Of a stretch of 61,197 nt of DNA, positions 9,501 through 18,500 are shown one piece after another. Both the position numbers and the translations under genes were made by a program. The stretch is from an uncultured Clostridia bacterium. GTDB lineage: Bacteria; Bacillota; Clostridia; Christensenellales; UBA1242. The notes beneath the pieces were generated by a model. It was given only the letters and a program-made list of their open reading frames with translations. It ran no database searches and was not told where the DNA came from. The stretch spans positions 1 to 61,197 of the forward strand of contig CALVIT010000002.1 in the NCBI GenBank assembly GCA_944331845.1, in the 5' to 3' direction. How positions within the stretch are numbered: the stretch's first letter is position 1; each line of letters opens with the position of its first letter.

Positions 9501-12500
9501 TTAAATGCACATTATGAAGTAATACAAACTATAGATTTATCTAAAGTTAACTTAAGTGCATTAGGTAATTTTACAACACCTTTCACTGGTTCAATTAATG
9601 GTAGACACTATTTAGTAAAACCAACTACTGATAATCCTAATGGCGTGTATGTTGATTCAAAGATTTTAGGCGTTAGACTTAATCAAACGATAGAGAACGC
9701 TACAAGTGATGTGTATTATGCGTTATTTGGAGTTGTCAAAGGGTCAGTAAATACTGATACAATACCTGTAAGCATTATTCCAAGTTTTAGCAACCTATAT
9801 ATTGAATTTAGTGAATACAATGTCAATATTGTAGGAGATTATGACAATTCAATAACTATTAATTTGGGACTTTTGACTTCAAGATTTGAAGGCGAGATTC
9901 ATAATGTTCAAATTGTTCTAAGAAATACTGCTAAAATTAGCAATGCTTCTCAAGCAAAAATCAATTTCGGTGCTGTAGCATCAGTAGTTAACCAAAACAC
10001 TTATGAATTTGTTAACCAAAATGGCGAGACTGAACAAGCGACATTATCTAGTTCAATAAATAATACAAATATTAGTGGACAAGGCACTATTAGCATAGAC
10101 AATATCTCTAGCGAGAGTTACATTGGCGGATTTGTCGGTATCTTAAATGAAAATTGTCTTGTTGATGGGCAATACGCTTTTGTCAATGATATGGTAGGTC
10201 AAGACAATGAATTTGTATTCTCATTCAATGGTCAAGACAATGATATGATAATGAATTTGAACATTATTATGAACACAACACCTACTACAATGGCAGTTGG
10301 TGGCGTAGTCGGCAAGAACTTTGGTAAAATTCAAAACATATCTAGTTACGGCAATGTTTGGGTAAAAAATTCTCAAGGCAATGAAAGCGGTAAGAATATC
10401 GGTGGTGTTGTAGGATACAATGTTGGTAGCATCAATGATGTATTCTCTAGATGCGGTGTCGTTGGCGGTAACTATGTCGGCGGTATTGTGGGACTCAACG
10501 AAGGTAGTATAAGCGTAGCAATATTTGAGAGTTATCAAGACGGTTCATCCTATGTCTATGGTGTAGAATCTGTAGGTGGACTAGTTGGTCTAATGCAGGG
10601 CGGAAACTTAGAGTATGGTTCTTCAACTTCATTTATTACAGGCGATTTGTACGCTATAATGGGTTACGCAAATGTCGGCGGACTTATCGGTCAAACAATG
10701 AATGGCGCTATCATATCTAAGAGTCAGGCAACAACAAAAATTGGTGTTTACTCTAACACAAGTTCAAGCAATAGATATGCTGGTGGTTTAGTAGGGCAAG
10801 CACTCAATACAACTATTCAAAATTCTTATTCAATAAGCAAGCTTTATAAGTTAGATACTTTCCAAACATATTCATTAGGCGGATTTATCGGTCAAACTAT
10901 GGGCGGTTGCTCAATCGCAAATGTTTATTCAGTAAGCAATATTGATAATTTTATTGGAAATATTCATTCAGCACCTACAACTTCTAATTCTTATTACTTG
11001 TCATCTTCTGTAGGCTCAGTTAATGGCGGGGCACAAGGAAAGACAAGCGACGATTTGAAGAATATTAACACTTACACAGGTTGGGACTTTATAGCGACAT
11101 TCAGGCAGGCAGAGAATGTAAATCAAGGTTATCCATACTTAATCTATGCTGATAGCGAATTTATTACAGTCGCTCCTACAAGTTTGAAAGTTGTTTTGAA
11201 TGATAGCGTTGATAATAGACACATAAAAATTAGCGACAATCAAGCAGTTATATTTAGTCAAAAAGGTAATAATGACACTGCTAGCGATTATGTTATTTCA
11301 TTGAATGACTTAATAGGACTTGAAGTATCCCCATTGACTAATAGAATTGTTAGAGTCAAGGCAACAATAGTTGAAGGTTTTGATGTCATCAAGATTGATG
11401 GCGGAAATATCATTGTTGTTAGTGAAGGTTATTGTAAGATAAAAATATCTTCTCAACTCAATGAAGATGTTTATGATTATTTGGAATTATACATTACAAA
11501 TGGTTTGAATTCATTTAGCGAAGATACTGATGGACAATTACAGGTGCTTTTGGATAGTTCTAAAGAGATTCGCTATACCTTTGAAAATGGCGAAAATGTC
11601 GTTGGAACAAAATTCGGTATAGCATATAGAGAACTATATACCTATGCTTCACTTAACTATAGCGAGAAGGAAACTATAGAAGAAGTAGAATATAATTTTG
11701 TTGAATACAACTTTACAAAGATTATCACTGCTAACGAAGTTATTAAAAATCAAATTATATATGAAGTTGCATATATAACCGCAAACTTTGGTGGTGACAA
11801 TGTTAAGGTCATATTGCCTTGGACAGAGAAACCTATTGATTTAACAATCTTTAATGGTGCGGTAGACTTACAATTAGACAAAAATCAATCTAATATCACA
11901 CCAAGTCAAAAGGCACAGGTTGAGACAATTATAACAACCGACTTAAATACTGAGATTGTAAGTGAGATTGTTATCAAAAATGGCGATGTTGTAGTTGACA
12001 GTTACGAAATATTCATTCAAGAAGGCTTTGAGCCAAGTATTGATAATATTGTTATTCAAAGAGTGGATAATGGTCAAGACTCAATGTTCAATGTGTCATT
12101 AATAGAATTTAATTTTGATGAGAGCATTAATCAATTATTGATGACATTTGAATTCACTCCAACCACTAATTTACAAAATACAAGGGTAGATACTTTATAT
12201 GATATAGCATTTAGTGTCGCAGACAAGTTCACAGAGCACTTTAGTTTGATTGTAGCACCACAGACTATTGAGAGAATATCAGTATTACACTTCCCTGATG
12301 GCAATGTCCGTGAAGATGAAGTCGCTACTGATAAGATTTCAAGCGGTATTGAAGGACTACTTAAGATAAATATTTATCCAAGTTTTAGTCAAATCGACTA
12401 TGTAGACATTACAAGCGAGCCTGTCAATGGTGAGAACATTTCATTCTTGCAGAAGGTATACAATGGTGGGCAAATCGAGAGAATCTATCCTGATGCTCAA

Positions 12501-15500
12501 ATAATCACTAATGGTATTCGTTTGAGTTTAGCATCTATCAAAGATTATAATGGTTATGTATTCGATGGCAATCTATATGTGTCAACATTGATTAAATCAA
12601 ATATGCCTGAGAATTTGCCGTTTGATATAAATATTGTGGCATATAGAGATGGGCAAGCAGTATTTACACAGACTAAGACTTTGTACACACAATTTAGCCC
12701 AAGCATAACAATTGACTATAATTCAAATTATAATAATCAATATGCTCGTGGTACAACACTTAACTTCCCATTAAATGTTAACTCAATGGCAGGTACAATA
12801 ACATTGTCTGTTGAAGGAGTTACTGACCCAACTTATGTAACATTTAGCGCTAATCAAACGCAATTTAGCGGAAAATTTGTTGGAAATGTCATAGCACAAT
12901 TAACTTCTAATATTAATTTACCTACAGGTTCTCAATTTACTTTGAGAGCAGAACTAGATACGACTGTAGATAATGTTCGCCTAGTTGTTACTGATGAGAT
13001 AACCTTGACAGTAGTTGATTATATCATAACAGGCGTAGCAATAGATGGTTATAGAACTCAAGGAAATAATAATATACTTGACATTGAATTAAATTCTGCT
13101 ACAACCTTAAGAGCAAGAATAATCGCTGTGTATGCTACAAAACCTAGTGATTTACCTTCTAGTGAAGCACAACCTTACGAAGATATTCAAAACAAAATAG
13201 AAGAATTTGAATTATTGATATCTAGACAACACGATGTGTCAGCAGGAGATGTGCCTGTTTGGTACACTGCGGAACAAGCATTTGATAAGTTAAAAGGGTC
13301 AACAGGTTATTATAACTACAATTATAATACAATGAATGGTGGTTATTATTCAGTCTATGGTACTAGAGTTAGTACTGTCGACAAATTGACATTAAATATC
13401 ACATATTATTATGACTTTGTGAATGGCGAATATCAACCTATATTGATAGATAAGGCAAATTCGCCAACTACAGGCAAAACTCTTATTGATAAGAGTATGA
13501 CTTGTTTAGTCAATGTTAACAACACAACAACTGAAGAAGTGCCATTACCTATTTATTCACAAGCAGAATTTGAAGCAATGCAGGAAGGGGCACATTATAT
13601 CTTAATGAAAGATATAACCTTAGAGAATTATACTCCTATAGAAGCGAAATTTGCATCATTAGATGGAAATGGTTGTATTATAAACATTAATTCATTAGTG
13701 CTAGATACGCAACAAAGTACAGTTAATGTTGGGTTATTTGCGACAGTATCTTCTTCAACATTAATTAAGAATGTTGTTCTTAACATTAATGGCTTATTAA
13801 CAAGAACTACAACTTCTAATACTTCTTCAAGTCTAGATGCTACATTGAATTTAACAAACATAAGTCAAGTCAATTTTGGTTTCTTCGCTGGTACTAATTC
13901 TGGTACTATCACAAACTGCGAAGTTGTCAATATTATTCAATTAAGTACTAATAGCAATAATGATGTCATTGTTAGTGGTGAAGTTGATAATACAAGTTTT
14001 ATAATACAAACAAGTTTAATTATTAGTTCATCATACACAAATAATTATATCGGTCTATTTGCAGGGCAAAATAGCGGATATATTACGAATTCTAGAGTTG
14101 GTCGAGATAGCGACAACATAGGATTAAGAGTATCAACAACAATCGATGCTCTCAAAGGCGACTCTTGGGTTGGTGGCAATATTGAATTGACCGCAAATGG
14201 AATTGTCGCTGGATTTGTAGCACTTAACTCAAATACGATTAGTTCAAGTTATGTTAAGAATGTTCTTATTAACAATAACTCAGTTATTGCTAATGTAAGT
14301 TCAACTGCTGGTTTTGTAACATTGAATGGTGGTTCTATCTCAGGTTGTTACGCTGAAGGCGAAGAGTTAGATAATTCCGCTAACTTGAAGTCTCAGGGAA
14401 GTGTTGCAGGCTTCGTACTTAATAATGACGGAGATATTAGCAATAGTTATGCTTCATTCGTTATAAGAAGTCCAAGCAACTCAGCAGGCTTTGTAAATGA
14501 GAATGGCGATGGAGCGACAATTCAATACTCTTATGCTGATTGCAGTGTATTATTAGCAGATACTGAAGTCGATGACAACGCTTCATATAGACCATTTACA
14601 GGCGTTAACGATTTTAACGAAATACAAAATGAAGGCGAGATTAATTATTCATATTATATTAAGGAATCTTCAACTGTTGTATTTGCAGATGAACCTGCTA
14701 TAGCAATTAATGAAGAGAATAAATCACAAATAAGCGAATATGTAGGCTTTGCATTTGTTGAGAATGCTAATATGAGTAAATACGGAATCTGGTCGCTTGA
14801 AGGCGATGATTTGCCTAAGTTGAATACTGCTAACCAAATAGCGATATCTCAAAGACAATTATCTAACAACCTTGAAGCAACAACTCAAGAAGAGACCTTG
14901 GGCGAACCTATGGTATACGACTATGTTATAGGCTATGAATTAGGTTCTGAGATTAACCCATATATTGTTAATACTGCAGTTAAATTCAATAATTTAATGC
15001 AAAATAATAGTGTTAACGGAAGATTTGGTTCTAACATAATAAATATTGAAGAGACAGTAGAAGGCGAGACTGCTACTACTAAACATATAAGAATAGTCAA
15101 TAACCTTAACTTCTCTCAAACTTCTGAAACTGTATCAGGTCTATATTCAAGTAAAGTTATATTCAGTGCTGTACTTGAAGGTAACAATATGTTGTTATCA
15201 AATATAACTGTAACAGGGGAGAAGAACGCTGACCAAAATCAAGTTGAATTTGGTTTGTTTGAGAGATTAGATGGAGCAGTTATCAAGAATTTGAGACTAA
15301 ACTTTGCGTCAGTCTCTGCTACTGAGATTCCATTAGTTGGCGCTTTGGCTGGTTCTGCTGTAGATTCTATATTATTAGGAATTGACATTGACGCAGAAGG
15401 AGCATTCGTTCAAGGTAAGAATATAGTAGGTGGACTTGTTGGAGTATTGATAGGTAGTAGCGAAGTGCAAACAATACAAAGCAATATTGGCGTTCGCGCT

Positions 15501-18500
15501 ACTTATAGAAAGGGTTCAACTTCAAATATTTATACTGATATGAATTTTGTTGTAGGTAATACAGAAGCGGCAAATGTCGGCGAGATTCTATACTCTACTA
15601 TGGAAGATTCAATCAAAGTAATGTACGGCAGTACATCTTATGCTGGCGGTATAATAGGTGCGATTGTATCAATAGAGAGTGATGAGCAAAGAATAAGGAC
15701 ATTAAAGGTTGATGGAAATGTTCAAATCGGTGCTGAGAGAACAGGTGGTATTGTCGGTGTCAACTATGGCGAATTGTATGACTTAAATTTTGTAGTCAAC
15801 ATAGATTCAGGTACGCTTACAAAACAAGAGTTATCAGGTGATGATATAGTAGGTGGGCTTGTCGGTGTTAACTTCAATAAGATTGAGAAGGCAAGAATCA
15901 CTTATGAAGGCGATGATTTGGCACTTGTTGATTCGTTAGCACAAGGTGTAAGCGGTGGAAAAACTAACCTATTCATAAGTCTAAGCAATTATATTGGCGG
16001 TATAGCAGGTGCTAATATTGGCGGTACGATATTAGACTCATATTCTAGAGTTAATGTTATTAATAGAGATGCTAAGTACGCTGGCGGTATAGTAGGTTAT
16101 TCTAAAGGCGGAAGTTATGACTCAATCTATACAACAGGGGATGTTCAATCTCAAGTAGCATTCGGTGGAATGTTTGGGTATATGGATGAGTATGTTGTAA
16201 CTACTACAGTGGATGATAAGACAACTACATCAACTGAAGTCATATCTCAATTTAGTAAGATTGTACTTGCTAACAATTATTCAATATCAACTGCACAACT
16301 TGTGAACGGACAAAGTGTTCAAGCGGGCGCATTGGCTGGGTATGTAAATGCTACTGACATCTCAAAAATATTTGATGGTGTTGGGGTAGAGAATACTAAC
16401 TATGCGGTATACAAATTACCTTTGAATACTGCTGGAACTTCAACTGTTGATTTACAATTCTTCGGCGCAGCAAAATTTGATAAATTACAAATAACTCAAG
16501 AAGAATATGTTGAGATTTTGAATAACTTAAATAATTTCACATCTATGGATAATGATGAGATGTATGGTTGGTTCGGTTCAAAAGTTGGCGATTATGCTAC
16601 CGCTACTTATAGTACTCTCTATAATAATAAAAATGAGATATTTAGCACTTATAGTTCGGAAGATTGGACTATTCAAACAGGCGTATTCCCATTATTGAAT
16701 ATTACGACTCAAGCGACTGAAATCATTATCACTGAAGATAACAAAGATGAATTATTGGAATTTTTGAAGGATGCACCAAATGCTACATATATTATTCGTT
16801 GCGACATCAGTTTGTATAGTAGAGCGGATAAGGGTGATTTGAGCGGTGATTGGATAAGTCTAGGAAGTGAAGCGATACCATTTAGTGGCGAATTCTTGGG
16901 CGAGAAAATCACATTAGGCGATGGTACAGAGAGATATCCTATCATAAATATTAAGAATCCATTCATTAATTTTGGTCGAAGTGCGAGAGTTACTAATCTC
17001 ACATTCAATGTTGTTAGTACTTTCACGGGCAATGTAGATGAATTAGACCATAGCGAAGATTTCTATTATGGCGTTGTTGCAAATAGATTTGATAATTCTA
17101 CATTATCAAATGTAACTGTAACTAATACTGCTTTAGATATCACAGCGGTTGTTGGTATGTCTATTCAATACCAAAGAGAGAATTATCAAATTGTTGAAGG
17201 CGAGAAAGTCCCTAGCAACTATATCGGTGGAGTTATAGGGTATGCTAAAGGTGGTAATTTAGTCAATGTTTTGTGTGATATTCCTATGAATATTAATACT
17301 CAAACAAGCGTTAATTCTTTACCTTCTATCATTAGTTATGTAGGCGGTATTGTTGGTTATACTAGCGGTAGTGCTATATCTAATGCAAGTATGGAGATAG
17401 ACTATAAGAAATACATTGATGGCGACGCTTATCAACAATTCGCAGTCAATACATCAAATGGTAATATAGGACTTGCTATCGGTTACGCTACTTCAGCGAA
17501 TATTAACAATATTAGTGTTTATGAGAAAGGAGTTGTAACCTACGAACAAGATGTAGTACCATACGGCAGTGCAACTACACCAACAACAATTATAAATGGA
17601 ACTCAAGCAGATAATGCGGAGACCAATGTTGCCTTTGGTGGTGTAGTAGGATATTCAAACTCTTCTACAGTGCGTGATGTTGTAAATGAATTATCAAGCG
17701 TTGAATTACAACTCAATTCAAGTTACAACAAAGGTTTCATTGTAGGTGGTGTAGTAGGTGTTGGAAATGCTACAACATTTACAGATATAGTAAATAATGC
17801 TACATTAAATCTAACAAGTCAATATACTGATTCAAGCGCTAACCATATCTACTTAGGTGGACTTGTTGGACAAATTCTAGGCAATAACCAAACGACAGGT
17901 AGCAATTTTGGTATTATAAATATAGATTTATCTAATACAAGTAGCACAACTGCTTATGTAGGCGGTGTAGTTGGATATGTAGAGTTGACTATATCACAAG
18001 CAAGGATAGAGAAAGCAAGAAATACTGCTAACATATCAATCGAAGGAGTCAAAGAACTCAATGTCGGTGGTGTAGTTGGTCGTTCTGCATTATCTATCGC
18101 TAATAATAGTGCAAACTTAAGAGTAATTCAATCATACAGTGATGGAAATATTGTTGTAGATGGAGTAACTTCAAGGGATGCACAAGGTCAAACTTATACA
18201 ATATCTAACATTGAATATGTCGGCGGATTAGTTGGATATGCTAGTAGAATCGACATATCAGATAGTTATAGCGTAGGAAATATCATAAGTAAGACTGATA
18301 GAAATGAACTACCAGCAAATTCTATAGGCGTAAGCATAGGTGGATTGATAGGGCGACTTGAGAAAGTTAATGTTGACCCATCAATAACACATTGTTATAC
18401 TGCTTGTATCATCAAAGTGTATGGCGATGCTATCAATGCTAATGTTAATAGTCACGCATTTATCGGTAGTACTTCACTTACAAAATCTACAACTGCACTC